This document shows, piece by piece, positions 19,035-28,312 of a DNA stretch of 32,000 nt. Position 1 is the first letter of the stretch. Each line of letters opens with the position of its first letter. The stretch lies in contig NZ_LT906458.1 in NCBI RefSeq assembly GCF_900187275.1, positions 1,170,001 to 1,202,000 of the forward strand, written 5' to 3'. Source of the DNA: Pasteurella multocida (GTDB lineage: Bacteria > Pseudomonadota > Gammaproteobacteria > Enterobacterales > Pasteurellaceae). Position numbers and translations under genes: made by a program. The notes under the pieces were generated by a model that did no database searches, was not told the origin of the DNA, and saw nothing but the letters and a program-made list of their open reading frames with translations.

Positions 19035-19064
19035 TTCGCGTCATTTTTATTGAGAGGAAAATTT

Positions 19065-19397
19065 ATGGAACAAATGCCAACTTGTCCAAAATGTCAAAGT
19101 GAATACGTTTATCATGATTCAATCCATTTTGTTTGCCCTGATTGCAGCTATGAATGGTCAGGTCAAGAACCTGTAGAAAGTGATGAGAAAGTGGTGAAAG
19201 ACAGCAACGGTAATCTTCTACAAGATGGTGATTCGGTTATCTTAATTAAAGATCTCAAAGTAAAAGGCTCGTCTATCGTGTTAAAGAAAGGCACCAAAGC
19301 CAAAAACATTCGTTTAGTCGATGCCGATCATGATGTTGATTGCAAAATTGATGGGCAAAGTTTTTCATTAAAATCAGCGTTTCTGAAAAAAGCCTAA
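19065..19397 (+). CDS. yjdM: Zinc-ribbon protein YjdM (PhnA)
   Basis: 110 aa from [16 protein letters not shown], collinear with E. coli PhnA/YjdM ([34 protein letters not shown]). Confidence 0.92.
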   Translation: MEQMPTCPKCQSEYVYHDSIHFVCPDCSYEWSGQEPVESDEKVVKDSNGNLLQDGDSVILIKDLKVKGSSIVLKKGTKAKNIRLVDADHDVDCKIDGQSFSLKSAFLKKA

Positions 19398-19404
19398 TCT
19401 CACG

Positions 19405-19437
19405 ACGTACTGTTTTTTTACGTGATAAACAGTACGT
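19405..19437. terminator. Hairpin between convergent yjdM and the Excalibur-protein gene
   Basis: 11-bp stem acgtactgttt (19405-19415) / aaacagtacgt (19427-19437) with an 11-nt loop. No clear trailing U-tract, so terminator function is tentative. Confidence 0.45.
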
Positions 19438-19441
19438 TGAC

Positions 19442-19654
19442 TTATCGCCGACAGCGTGCCAAACCATGACTACTGCCACCGGGTAAACACTCACAGGCTT
19501 CTCCATCATGATCACCATCTAAATGATAAGCCTTATATTTTTCCATGTACGCTTGTGCTTCAGCTTGCGTAGCGAAATGCTTACAAGTTACTCGCTTAGC
19601 GTGCGCTGAACAGGCTGTTATAGCAATCATTAAACTTACCCATATTCTCTTCAT
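19442..19654 (-). CDS. Small secreted Excalibur (calcium-binding) domain protein
   Basis: 70 aa from ATG 19654 (GGGAAA 6 nt upstream). It has a signal peptide MKRIWVSLMIAITACSAHA, then C-x-F....A.AYM...YHLDGDHDGEACE, which matches the Excalibur DxDxDGxxCE signature. Confidence 0.7.
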   Translation of the reverse strand: MKRIWVSLMIAITACSAHAKRVTCKHFATQAEAQAYMEKYKAYHLDGDHDGEACECLPGGSSHGLARCRR

Positions 19655-19730
19655 CACGTCTTTCCCTGCTTTGTTGTTCTCTTATAGTTCTCATTTTAAC
19701 CAACTATTCTCGCTATCAGAAACGAAATTA

Positions 19731-19746
19731 TTTGATCCAGTTCACA
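19731..19746. promoter_or_regulatory. Predicted CRP binding site upstream of the rbs operon
   Basis: TTTGA-tccagt-TCACA versus consensus TGTGA-N6-TCACA (9/10). It is centred about 60 nt upstream of the predicted rbs transcription start, a class I position. Confidence 0.6.
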
Positions 19747-19763
19747 GATCAGACAAAAGCTTT

Positions 19764-19791
19764 TTGCACTTTTTCAATTTCCTCTTAGACT
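19764..19791 (+). promoter_or_regulatory. Predicted rbsD promoter
   Basis: -35 TTGCAC (19764-19769), 16-bp spacer, -10 TAGACT (19786-19791). It lies between the CRP site and the RbsR operator. Confidence 0.45.
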
Positions 19792-19802
19792 AATCACTAA
19801 GC

Positions 19803-19820
19803 CATCGAAACGTTTCGATG
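19803..19820. promoter_or_regulatory. RbsR (LacI-family) operator
   Basis: Perfect 18-bp palindrome catcgaaacgtttcgatg. Its core CGAAACGTTTCG is identical to the core of the E. coli rbs operator. It sits just downstream of the predicted -10 and 28 nt before the rbsD ATG. Confidence 0.85.
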
Positions 19821-19847
19821 AGAAAGAAAAATCTATTGAGGTACGTC

Positions 19848-20267
19848 ATGAAAAAAACTGCCCTATTAAACGCCCCGTTATCCCAAGTAATCGCGACATT
19901 AGGTCATACCGATAGCCTCACGATTTGTGATGCGGGACTGCCGATCCCTAAGCAGGTAGAACGTGTTGATTTGGCTTTAAGTGCAGGGGTGCCAAGTTTT
20001 CTTCAAACTTTTCATGCTGTAGTCACAGAAATGTTTGTAGAAAGAGCCATCATTGCCGAAGAAATCAAAGAAAAAAATCCGAAAATACTGATCGCACTTT
20101 TAAACAGTTTGGCTCAACTTGAGCAACAACAAGGCAACCAAATTGAGGTGCAATATGTCAGTCATGACATGTTCAAAACGTACACGCATGCAAGCAAAGC
20201 AATTGTACGTAGTGGCGAATGTAGTCCTTATGCCAATATTATTTTGTATTCTGGCGTTCCATTTTAA
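19848..20267 (+). CDS. rbsD: D-ribose pyranase
   Basis: 139 aa from [34 protein letters not shown] (GAGG 6 nt upstream). The track ORF start at 19818 lies inside the operator. Confidence 0.95.
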   Translation: MKKTALLNAPLSQVIATLGHTDSLTICDAGLPIPKQVERVDLALSAGVPSFLQTFHAVVTEMFVERAIIAEEIKEKNPKILIALLNSLAQLEQQQGNQIEVQYVSHDMFKTYTHASKAIVRSGECSPYANIILYSGVPF

Positions 20268-20278
20268 AGGCGGCGAAT

Positions 20279-21775
20279 ATGCAACACGAAACCTTACTCC
20301 ACATCCAAGGAATTGATAAGTCTTTTCCCGGTGTCAAAGCGCTCAGTAATGCTTGCTTATCCGTTTATGCAGGACGTGCCATGGCATTAATGGGGGAAAA
20401 TGGTGCGGGTAAATCGACCTTAATGAAAGTACTCACTGGCATTTACAGCAAAGACGCAGGCACAATTGAATATTTAGGTAAACAAGTCACCTTCAAAGGA
20501 CCAAAAGAGTCGCAAGAAGCCGGCATCAGCATCATTCACCAAGAATTGAATTTAGTTGGCAACCTAACAATCGCAGAAAATATTTTCTTAGGTCGTGAAT
20601 TTGTGACGCCTTGGGGAAGTATTGATTGGAAAAAAATGCACCAAGAAGCGGACAAATTACTTAAACGTTTAGGTGTTAGCCATAGTAGCCATCAATTGTG
20701 TTCCGAATTATCAATTGGTGAACAACAAATGGTTGAAATTGCCAAAGCACTCAGCTTTGAATCTAAAGTCATTATTATGGATGAACCCACCGATGCACTA
20801 ACCGATACGGAAACAGCCGCTTTATTTAAGGTGATTCGGGAACTCAAAGCTGAAAAACGTGGCATTGTCTATATCTCGCATCGTATCAAAGAGATTTTTG
20901 AAATTTGCGATGATGTGACGGTATTACGTGATGGTGAGTTTATTGGTGAAAAAGCTGTCAATGTATTAGATGAAGATCAGCTGATTGAAATGATGGTTGG
21001 ACGCCGTTTAGATGAACAATATCCACATTTAGATAAACCTCGTGGCGAATTATTGCTTGAAGTCGAAAATCTCAGTGGCAGTGGTGTACATGATGTCAGT
21101 TTCACATTACATCGAGGAGAAATTCTAGGGGTTTCTGGTCTGATGGGAGCGGGACGAACAGAGCTTATGAAAGTGTTATATGGCGCGCTACCCCGTTCAA
21201 GTGGCAAAGTGCGGTTAGCTCAGCAAGAAATTCACAATACTTGCCCACAAGATGGCTTAAATCATGGCATTGTGTACATTTCCGAAGATCGCAAAGGTGA
21301 TGGCTTAATTTTAGGCATGTCAGTGAAAGAAAATATGTCACTCACCGCTTTAGCCTATTTTTCTAAATCTATTCAAATTGATCACAAAGCAGAACAATTG
21401 GCAGTGGGTGACTTCATCACCATGTTTAATATCAAAACACCAAGCCAAGAACAGCAAATTGGGCTCTTATCTGGCGGCAATCAGCAAAAAGTGGCGATTG
21501 CTAAAGGCTTAATGACACGTCCCAACGTGTTGATTTTAGATGAGCCAACACGTGGCGTGGATGTGGGGGCGAAAAAAGAAATTTATCAACTCATTAATGA
21601 ATTCAAAAAAGAGGGCTTAAGTATCATTTTAGTGTCCTCTGAAATGCCAGAAGTGCTTGGCATGAGTGATCGTATTTTGGTCATGCATGAAGGGCGAATT
21701 AGTGCAGAATTCCAACGTGGTGAAGCCACGCAAGAAAAATTATTAGCCGCAGCCATTGGCAAAAGTGCGCTCTAA
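20279..21775 (+). CDS. rbsA: Ribose ABC transporter ATP-binding protein
   Basis: 498 aa with duplicated ABC cassettes (GENGAGKST; LSIGEQQMV; GLMGAGRTE; LSGGNQQKV). Confidence 0.96.
   Translation: MQHETLLHIQGIDKSFPGVKALSNACLSVYAGRAMALMGENGAGKSTLMKVLTGIYSKDAGTIEYLGKQVTFKGPKESQEAGISIIHQELNLVGNLTIAENIFLGREFVTPWGSIDWKKMHQEADKLLKRLGVSHSSHQLCSELSIGEQQMVEIAKALSFESKVIIMDEPTDALTDTETAALFKVIRELKAEKRGIVYISHRIKEIFEICDDVTVLRDGEFIGEKAVNVLDEDQLIEMMVGRRLDEQYPHLDKPRGELLLEVENLSGSGVHDVSFTLHRGEILGVSGLMGAGRTELMKVLYGALPRSSGKVRLAQQEIHNTCPQDGLNHGIVYISEDRKGDGLILGMSVKENMSLTALAYFSKSIQIDHKAEQLAVGDFITMFNIKTPSQEQQIGLLSGGNQQKVAIAKGLMTRPNVLILDEPTRGVDVGAKKEIYQLINEFKKEGLSIILVSSEMPEVLGMSDRILVMHEGRISAEFQRGEATQEKLLAAAIGKSAL
21207..21215 (+). 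repeat. Uptake signal sequence core, inside rbsA
   Basis: Exact 9-mer aagtgcggt. Confidence 0.9.
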
Positions 21776-21791
21776 ACCTGAAGGATTTATT

Positions 21792-22760
21792 ATGACAACT
21801 CAAGCAAAACCATTCCAATTCGGTAAATTCTTAATTGAACAACGTTCCATCATTGCCTTACTGGTGCTGATTGCGATCGTATCCATGATCAATCCTGACT
21901 TTTTCAGTGTGGATAATATTCTCAATATTTTACGCCAAACTTCAGTCAACGCAATTATTGCCGTCGGGATGACATTTGTGATCTTGATTGCCGGGATCGA
22001 TCTTTCGGTCGGTTCGGTACTTGCATTAACGGGGGCTATTGCCGCCTCGATGGTCAGTACCGAGTTACCAATACTGCTCGTCATTCCAGTCACACTCTTG
22101 ATTGGTACATTACTGGGCGGGATCAGCGGTGTTATTGTCGCGAAAGGGAAAGTACAAGCCTTCATTGCTACTCTCGTAACCATGACCTTATTACGTGGTG
22201 TGACCATGGTTTATACCGATGGACGCCCAATTAGTACAGGCTTTTCGGAAGGTGCGGATACGTTTTCGCTGTTAGGCACGGGTTATGTATTCGGTATCCC
22301 TGTCCCAATTTGGATTATGGCATTTGTCTTTGCTGCCTCTTGGTATGTATTAAAACATACACGTATTGGGCGTTATATTTATGCACTTGGGGGGAATGAA
22401 GCCGCTACCCAATTATCTGGCATTAACGTCAATAAAATTAAAATCTTTGTTTTTGCCGTCAGTGGCTTCTTATCTGCCCTTGCCGGTCTGATTGTCACTT
22501 CACGTTTATCCTCTGCTCAACCGACTGCCGGTGTGTCATATGAGCTTGATGCGATTGCCGCGGTTGTGGTCGGCGGAACGAGCTTAATGGGCGGAAAAGG
22601 ACGCGTCATGGGCACTTTAATTGGCGCATTGATTATTGGTTTCTTAAATAACGCGCTGAATTTACTGGATATTTCCTCTTACTATCAAATGATTGCAAAA
22701 GCATTAGTTATCTTAGTCGCGGTTTTAGCGGATAACTATTTAGGCACCAAAAAAGTTTAA
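21792..22760 (+). CDS. rbsC: Ribose ABC transporter permease
   Basis: 322 aa from MTTQAKPF (ATG 21792). Polytopic, RbsC-like (GIDLSVGSVLAL, GGNEAATQLSGINV). Confidence 0.95.
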   Translation: MTTQAKPFQFGKFLIEQRSIIALLVLIAIVSMINPDFFSVDNILNILRQTSVNAIIAVGMTFVILIAGIDLSVGSVLALTGAIAASMVSTELPILLVIPVTLLIGTLLGGISGVIVAKGKVQAFIATLVTMTLLRGVTMVYTDGRPISTGFSEGADTFSLLGTGYVFGIPVPIWIMAFVFAASWYVLKHTRIGRYIYALGGNEAATQLSGINVNKIKIFVFAVSGFLSALAGLIVTSRLSSAQPTAGVSYELDAIAAVVVGGTSLMGGKGRVMGTLIGALIIGFLNNALNLLDISSYYQMIAKALVILVAVLADNYLGTKKV

Positions 22761-22787
22761 CCCACTCACTCTGTAAGGAGAATGCAA

Positions 22788-23675
22788 ATGAAAAAACTTC
22801 AAAAACTCACAACGTTAGCCTCAGCATTGATGTTAAGTTTGGCAGTCAGTGGTACTGCACTGGCTAAAGAAACCATTGCTTTGGCTGTTTCAACGCTCGA
22901 TAACCCTTTCTTTGTGACACTCAAAGACGGTGCACAGAAAAAAGCCGATGAACTGGGCTATAAATTGGTTGTTTTAGATTCACAAAACGATCCAGCAAAA
23001 GAATTAGCGAACGTAGAAGATTTAACGGTTCGTGGAGTGAAAGTCCTTTTAATCAACCCAACTGATTCTGAAGCCGTGGTCAATGCCGTAAAAATGGCAA
23101 ATCGCAATAAAATTCCGGTCATCACTTTAGACCGTGGTGCAGTTGCGGGAGACGTCGTCAGCCATATTGCGTCTGATAACGTCGCTGGAGGAAAAATGGC
23201 GGGCGATTTTATCGCTGAAAAACTTGGCGCAGGGGCAAAAGTCATTCAACTTGAAGGCATCGCGGGAACCTCAGCAGCACGTGAACGCGGAGAAGGCTTT
23301 AAACAAGCGATTGACGCGCATAAATTTGATGTGCTTGCAAGCCAACCCGCCGACTTTGACCGTACCAAAGGGCTTAACGTAATGGAAAACTTGTTAGCCA
23401 GCAAAGGGGATGTTAAAGCCGTCTTTGCTCAAAATGACGAGATGGCATTAGGGGCATTACGTGCTATCAACGCAGCCAATAAAAAGGTGTTAGTCGTTGG
23501 CTTTGACGGTACCGATGATGGTGTAAAAGCAGTACAAACAGGTAAAATGGCCGCGACCATTGCTCAACAACCTGATTTAATTGGTGCATTAGGCGTGGTA
23601 ACCGCAGATAAAGTCTTGAAAGGTGAAAAAGTGGAAGCCAAAATTCCTGTTGATTTAAAAGTGATCCATAAATAA
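22788..23675 (+). CDS. rbsB: Periplasmic ribose-binding protein
   Basis: MKKLQKL... with a signal peptide (..GTALA), then [21 protein letters not shown] sits 7 nt before ATG 22788; the alternative ATG at 22782 is too close to the SD. Confidence 0.95.
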   Translation: MKKLQKLTTLASALMLSLAVSGTALAKETIALAVSTLDNPFFVTLKDGAQKKADELGYKLVVLDSQNDPAKELANVEDLTVRGVKVLLINPTDSEAVVNAVKMANRNKIPVITLDRGAVAGDVVSHIASDNVAGGKMAGDFIAEKLGAGAKVIQLEGIAGTSAARERGEGFKQAIDAHKFDVLASQPADFDRTKGLNVMENLLASKGDVKAVFAQNDEMALGALRAINAANKKVLVVGFDGTDDGVKAVQTGKMAATIAQQPDLIGALGVVTADKVLKGEKVEAKIPVDLKVIHK

Positions 23676-23697
23676 GATCATCATCAAGCTTCGATGG

Positions 23698-23718
23698 GGG
23701 CAAGCTTAGGGCTTGCCC
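23698..23718 (+). other. Intercistronic GC-rich hairpin between rbsB and rbsK
   Basis: 8-bp stem gggcaagc (23698-23705) / gcttgccc (23711-23718) with a 5-nt loop and no U-tract. It may be an mRNA-stabilising or partial-termination element. Confidence 0.5.
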
Positions 23719-23758
23719 TATATCACCTCAACATGAAACACAAAATAGCGAAGAACAT

Positions 23759-24679
23759 ATGAAAAAATTAACGGTACTTGGCAGTGTAAATGCCGATCAT
23801 GTCATTTCTGTCCCACACTTTGCTAAACCCGGTGAAACCCTCACAGGCAATCATTACCATATTGCGTATGGAGGAAAAGGTGCAAACCAAGCTGTTGCGG
23901 CTGCTCGCTTAGGTGCCAATATTGATTTTATTGCTTGTATTGGTGATGATGCGATTGGACAAGCAATGAAAAAGGCTTTCCAACAAGATGGCATTAATAC
24001 ACAAGCCGTTGTAGAAATTGCCGATCAAATGACAGGAATCGCCATGATTCAAGTCAACGCACACGGGGAAAACAGTATTGTCATTGCCGCCGGAGCAAAT
24101 GCTTATTTAACGGAAACTGTCGTTGAACAATTCGCGAATAAAATTACGCAAGCGGATACTTTATTAATGCAACTTGAAACCCCTTTAAGTGCGGTCATTT
24201 TCGCGGCAAAATTGGCTAAATCAGCCAATACTAAAGTGGTATTAAATCCGGCACCGGCCCAGCCACTTCCCGATGAGTTACTCATGCAATTGGACATGAT
24301 TACCCCTAATGAAACAGAAACTGAAATCTTGACTGGGGTGAAGGTTGTTGACGAACATTCTGCTTCGCAAGCGGCGGCTCTCTTTCATCAAAAAGGCATT
24401 GAAACGGTGCTCATCACTTTAGGCTCAAAAGGGGTTTATGCAAGTCAGAAAGGTACGCCGGGCAAAATGGTCGCAGGCTTTCGTGTCGATGCGAAAGACA
24501 CAACTGCCGCAGGTGATACGTTTAATGGCGCTTTAATGACTGCATTGTTGGAAGATAAACCGCTTGCTGATGCCATCCGTTTTGCCCATGCTGCCGCAGC
24601 AATTAGCGTCACCAGAGCGGGCGCACAACCCTCAATTCCGACTAGACAAGAAACCCTCAACTTTTTACAATCACATTAA
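23759..24679 (+). CDS. rbsK: Ribokinase
   Basis: 306 aa PfkB family (GSVNADH, GGKGANQAVAAARLG, DTTAAGDTFNGAL). Confidence 0.95.
   Translation: MKKLTVLGSVNADHVISVPHFAKPGETLTGNHYHIAYGGKGANQAVAAARLGANIDFIACIGDDAIGQAMKKAFQQDGINTQAVVEIADQMTGIAMIQVNAHGENSIVIAAGANAYLTETVVEQFANKITQADTLLMQLETPLSAVIFAAKLAKSANTKVVLNPAPAQPLPDELLMQLDMITPNETETEILTGVKVVDEHSASQAAALFHQKGIETVLITLGSKGVYASQKGTPGKMVAGFRVDAKDTTAAGDTFNGALMTALLEDKPLADAIRFAHAAAAISVTRAGAQPSIPTRQETLNFLQSH
24187..24195 (+). repeat. Uptake signal sequence core, inside rbsK
   Basis: Exact 9-mer aagtgcggt. Confidence 0.9.
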
Positions 24680-24685
24680 AACCAT

Positions 24686-24712
24686 GTAGGGGAAACTTAC
24701 CCCTACTTTTTT
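24686..24712 (+). terminator. Rho-independent terminator after rbsK
   Basis: Stem gtagggg (24686-24692) / cccctac (24700-24706), 7-nt loop, T6 (24707-24712). Confidence 0.85.
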
Positions 24713-24762
24713 CACGTTTTCAATGACCTAGCAACATTCGCTACACGATAAGAGAAACCACA

Positions 24763-25776
24763 ATGGCAACTATGAAAGACATCGCAAGGATAGCGAAAGT
24801 ATCCACGTCAACCGTTTCCCATGTCATTAATAACTCTCGATTTGTTAGCGATGAAATTCGCGATAAAGTGATGCATGTTGTTAAGGAACTGAATTACACA
24901 CCTTCCGCCCTCGCACGCAGTCTAAAAGTCAAAGAAACCAAAACAATCGGCTTATTAGTCACCGCCACTAATAACCCTTTCTTTACTGAAGTCGTCAGTG
25001 GCGTAGAACAATATTGTCACCAGCATCACTATAATTTAATTCTCTCGAACACAGAGGGCGATACGGAGCGCCTGCGCCATAATTTACAAACCCTCATTCA
25101 AAAGCAAGTAGATGGTTTGTTACTGATGTGTTCCGATGCCCGTATTCAAATTGGTAAAGATTTGAATGTCAATTTACCCTTTGTGGTAATGGACTGGTGG
25201 CCTACAGAAGAAAAAGCGGACAAAATTTACGAAAACTCCGAGTATGGTGGTTACTTAGCCACTAAGCAGCTGATTGAAAAAGGGCACCAACACATTGCGA
25301 TTATTACCGGTAATTTAAAAAAGTCACTTGCACAGAATCGACTAGATGGTTACAAAAAAGCCCTAAAAGAAGCCAATATTCCCTTACGCGAAGACTGTAT
25401 CATTGAAAGCCATTTTGATTTTGAAGGCGGCAAACGCGGTATGGAGAAAGTGCTCGCGTTACAGCCACGTCCAACTGCCGTCTTTGCTTGTAGTGATAGT
25501 ATTGCCTTTGGTGCGTATCAAACGGTTTGGCATCAAGGTCTCCATATTCCACAAGACATTTCTATCATCGGCTACGATAATATTACTTTAGCCGAATATA
25601 TGTCGCCCCCCCTAACCACGATCAATCAACCTAAAGCGGAATTAGGTAAATTAGCCGTAGAAACCTTACTCCAGCGGATCAAAAATCCAACAGCAAAACA
25701 CCGTACATTATTACTTGAACCTCAATTAGTTTGGCGAGAATCTGTTAGACAGCTGTATCAAGAAAAACGTGGGTAA
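24763..25776 (+). CDS. rbsR: Ribose operon repressor (LacI family)
   Basis: 337 aa with N-terminal [27 protein letters not shown] and a periplasmic-binding-protein-like core. It is the last gene of the rbs cluster. Confidence 0.92.
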
Positions 25777-25788
25777 ATCCCACGTTTT
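25764..25788. terminator. Bidirectional terminator shared by convergent rbsR and pheA
   Basis: 10-bp stem aaaacgtggg (25764-25773) / cccacgtttt (25779-25788) with loop taaat containing the rbsR stop. A/T runs form the stem ends on both strands. Confidence 0.75.
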
Positions 25789-25790
25789 AT

Positions 25791-26954
25791 TTAAGGTGTG
25801 AGCTCAACAGGCTTAATAATTTCACTTGGATAACAGCCCAATACTTTTAAATAATGACTATATTGTTTCAGCTCGTCTAAAGCTTGCTGTGTCTCCGGAT
25901 TATGAATATTCGCCTCAATTTCAAGATAAAACATTTCTTCCCATGGCTTACCATAAATTGGACGCGATTCCAGTTTGGTCATATTAATTTGATGCTTTTT
26001 AAACACGAATAAAGCATCAACTAATGCCCCCGCTTGTTGCGATGTGGTCATCAACAATAGCGTTTTCGTGTGAATCTGTGGTGACACTTGCAATGGTTTC
26101 TTCGCTACCACAATGAAACGAGTAATATTGTTAGGTTGGTTGGCTATATCTGATTTCAATACCGTTAAACCGTATAACGCTCCGCCATCCGCATTTCCTA
26201 ACGCCGCAATATTCGGCTTATTTAAGCTTGCCACTAACTGCATCGCATGAGAGCTGCTTTCACAATATTCAATGTGAACACGTTCTAAGCCTTTAATAAA
26301 TTGGCTACATTGTTGGATAACTTGTGGATGACTATATAATGTTTCAATTTGATTCAAATCATCCTGTCCATTCACTAAGACACAATGCCGAATCGGATAC
26401 GCCAACTCACCTACTAAAGAAAGATCGGTATGTTGCAATAAATCATACACTTCATTAATAGCACCCGACGTGGTATTTTCCAGTGGTAACACACCGTAAT
26501 CTGCTTCGCCTGCGCTGACTTTCTCAAAAATCTCATCAAATGAGCGACAGCTCAGTTCCACAAAGGTTTCTTGATAACGCGTTGCATAACTTCTCGCCGC
26601 CAAATGTGAATAAGAGCCACGTTTGCCTAAAAACGCAATATGGATATTCTGTTCACGTTGCGCATTCAGTTTTTTTTGCAAATAAACTTGTTGTGTGGCA
26701 ACGGAATCTTCAATAATACGCTGAAAAATATCGGTAATATATTGTGCTTCTAATTGGTAGTTTTGATTTTCAGCAAATTGAATGAGTTCTTGCAACAATT
26801 GTTGTTCACGCTCAAGATCACGAAGGGGTTTCTGCGTGATTTCTTTACTGCGCGCCACATCAAAGGCTAAGCGATGACGCTCTGACAATAATTTCAATAA
26901 ATTTCGATCAAGTTGTGTGATCTGTTGACGAATCTCACTTAAATCCAAAGACAT
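25791..26954 (-). CDS. pheA: Bifunctional chorismate mutase / prephenate dehydratase (P-protein)
   Basis: 387 aa from [16 protein letters not shown] (ATG 26954, AGGAAAGG upstream), with CM, PDT and ACT regions (TRF..V, ESRP). The track's TTG start at 26984 lies in the upstream terminator tail. Confidence 0.94.
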   Translation of the reverse strand: MSLDLSEIRQQITQLDRNLLKLLSERHRLAFDVARSKEITQKPLRDLEREQQLLQELIQFAENQNYQLEAQYITDIFQRIIEDSVATQQVYLQKKLNAQREQNIHIAFLGKRGSYSHLAARSYATRYQETFVELSCRSFDEIFEKVSAGEADYGVLPLENTTSGAINEVYDLLQHTDLSLVGELAYPIRHCVLVNGQDDLNQIETLYSHPQVIQQCSQFIKGLERVHIEYCESSSHAMQLVASLNKPNIAALGNADGGALYGLTVLKSDIANQPNNITRFIVVAKKPLQVSPQIHTKTLLLMTTSQQAGALVDALFVFKKHQINMTKLESRPIYGKPWEEMFYLEIEANIHNPETQQALDELKQYSHYLKVLGCYPSEIIKPVELTP

Positions 26955-26982
26955 ATCCTTTCCTGTAGGCTGAAAATTTAGC

Positions 26983-27019
26983 AAAAACGGACCGCACTTT
27001 ACTGCCTCTTAAAGTGCGG
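26983..27019 (-). terminator. Rho-independent terminator of yqhD (USS plus near-USS arms), immediately upstream of pheA
   Basis: Minus strand: ccgcacttt (27019-27011, includes the yqhD stop), 10-nt loop, aaagtgcgg (27000-26992), then tccgttttt. Confidence 0.75.
26991..26999 (-). repeat. Uptake signal sequence core (arm of yqhD terminator)
   Basis: Exact 9-mer accgcactt, paired with the one-mismatch copy aagtgcggc at 27012-27020. Confidence 0.9.
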
Positions 27020-28160
27020 CATATAGAATTTCGTTAACGGCTTGGCGATCTAAATGTTGATGTTCACCTAAGTTATACGCCTGATGTTCGGCTAATTTGT
27101 CTAAAATAACAGAAAATTGGCTATCATCAATAGCATAATCAGAAAAACGTGTTTTTACCCCCATTTGTTCAAAAAATTGGCGTGTTTTTTCAATCGAAAC
27201 CTGTATAGCCTGTTCTTCATCACCTTGATAATTCCAAACACGTTGCGCAAATTGAATCAGTTTTTCTCGTTTATTGGCTTTTTGATGCTGTATCAAGGCT
27301 GGCACAATAATCGCGAGCGTTTGAGCATGATCCAAACCATAAAGAGCAGTAAGTTCGTGTCCAATCGCGTGTGATGCCCAATCTTGTACCACACCCACGC
27401 CTAAAATCTCATTCAATGCCATGGTCGCTGCCCACATGATATTCGCTCTTGCATCATAATCTGTTGGATTAGCTAACACTTTCGGTCCTTCCTCAATTAA
27501 GGTCTGAAAAACACCTTCAGCGAAGCGATCTTGAATTTTTGCTTGCTGAGGATAGGTCATATACTGCTCAAACGTATGCACAAAGGCATCGACCACCCCA
27601 TTGGCAGTTTGTTTTTCGGGTAGAGAATAGGTCGTTGTCGGATCTAATACCGCAAAGACAGGTCGGACTAAAGGGGAAGCAAAGGACAATTTATCCCCAG
27701 TTTGTTGACGACTTATCACCGCATAACCATTCATTTCCGATCCTGTTGCAGGCAATGTCATAATGCATCCAAGGGGTAACGCATATTGTACGGGGTGGTG
27801 TTTGGCTAAAATATCCCAAGGTTCGCCTACGAACTTCACCGCACTGGCAATAAATTTACTGCCATCGAGCACCGAACCACCGCCTACGGCTAAAATAAAA
27901 TCTAAGTTTTCTTGTTTCACAACCTCAACGGCTTTCATTAACGTTTCATAACGCGGGTTAGGTTCGATCCCCGAAAACTCGCGCCAATAGAACCCCGCCA
28001 AAGCATTTTCCACTTGGGCAAACACGCCATTTTTCTTTACACTGCCACCGCCTGTCGTGACTAAAATCCGCGCATCTTGAGGAATATGCTCACGAATCGC
28101 CTGAATTTGTCCTTCACCAAAAAGTGCTAAGGTAGGTAATTGAAATGTAAAGTTAAGCAT
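27009..28160 (-). CDS. yqhD: NADPH-dependent iron-type alcohol dehydrogenase / aldehyde reductase YqhD
   Basis: 383 aa from MLNFTFQLPTLALFGEGQI (ATG 28160, AGGAG 7 nt upstream), collinear with E. coli YqhD (GGGSVKK, AVGGGSVLDG, LPATGSE, VFAVLDP, DWASHAIGHELTALYGLDHAQTLAI). Confidence 0.9.
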   Translation of the reverse strand: MLNFTFQLPTLALFGEGQIQAIREHIPQDARILVTTGGGSVKKNGVFAQVENALAGFYWREFSGIEPNPRYETLMKAVEVVKQENLDFILAVGGGSVLDGSKFIASAVKFVGEPWDILAKHHPVQYALPLGCIMTLPATGSEMNGYAVISRQQTGDKLSFASPLVRPVFAVLDPTTTYSLPEKQTANGVVDAFVHTFEQYMTYPQQAKIQDRFAEGVFQTLIEEGPKVLANPTDYDARANIMWAATMALNEILGVGVVQDWASHAIGHELTALYGLDHAQTLAIIVPALIQHQKANKREKLIQFAQRVWNYQGDEEQAIQVSIEKTRQFFEQMGVKTRFSDYAIDDSQFSVILDKLAEHQAYNLGEHQHLDRQAVNEILYAAL

Positions 28161-28253
28161 AATTGTTCTCCTCTGTTCTTTCATTGCGTTCTCGCTTAAA
28201 CACACAATGAGATAAAATAACACGGATATTGGGAAATCAATCTCCACAATATC

Positions 28254-28294
28254 AAAAAGAAAAAAGCTATACTTCGTGAGAAATATAGCTTTTT
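28254..28294 (-). terminator. Putative terminator after lpxC
   Basis: AT-rich 11-bp stem (28284-28294 / 28261-28271) with a 12-nt loop, followed on the minus strand by uuuuuucuuuuu. The stem has only 2 GC pairs, so it is weak. Confidence 0.4.
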
Positions 28295-28312
28295 CATGCA
28301 AAATGAATAACG

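Noticed and set aside
19273-19793. Two ORFs, 19273-19518 (minus, 81 aa) and 19545-19793 (plus, 82 aa), around the yjdM / Excalibur / rbs promoter region.
   Set aside because: The first is antisense to yjdM and crosses the convergent hairpin. The second is antisense to the Excalibur gene and runs through the CRP site and rbs promoter. Neither has an RBS or any family resemblance.
14395-19847. Possible genomic island. This stretch holds single-gene units of miscellaneous function (antiporter, nitroreductase, amidohydrolase, ytfJ, yjdM, Excalibur protein), and is the only part of the window that is not a classic conserved operon.
   Set aside because: There is no integrase, transposase, tRNA attachment site, flanking direct repeats or phage/plasmid genes. 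Every gene has ordinary chromosomal homologues. USS copies occur throughout (14411, 14429, 15918, 15955, 16835), and composition looks like the rest of the window by eye.
23685-23707. Duplicated caagctt (two HindIII sites 16 bp apart), considered as a possible repeat element.
   Set aside because: It is only 7 bp long. The second copy is simply part of the hairpin stem already described, and the motif is not repeated elsewhere in the window in a patterned way.
26955-27160. Search for a pheL-like Phe-rich leader peptide upstream of pheA.
   Set aside because: There is no run of TTT/TTC codons in any minus-strand frame. The region is the 3' end of yqhD plus its terminator.
28161-28301. 47-codon N-terminal extension of yqhD suggested by the ORF track. 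Comparable upstream extensions are suggested for xseA, ratB, pth, arcD, the nitroreductase, rbsD, rbsC and pheA.
   Set aside because: The extension runs through the lpxC terminator hairpin and has no homology. The internal ATG at 28160 has an AGGAG at the proper spacing, and homologues begin there. The same logic applies to the other genes (see the starts chosen in features).
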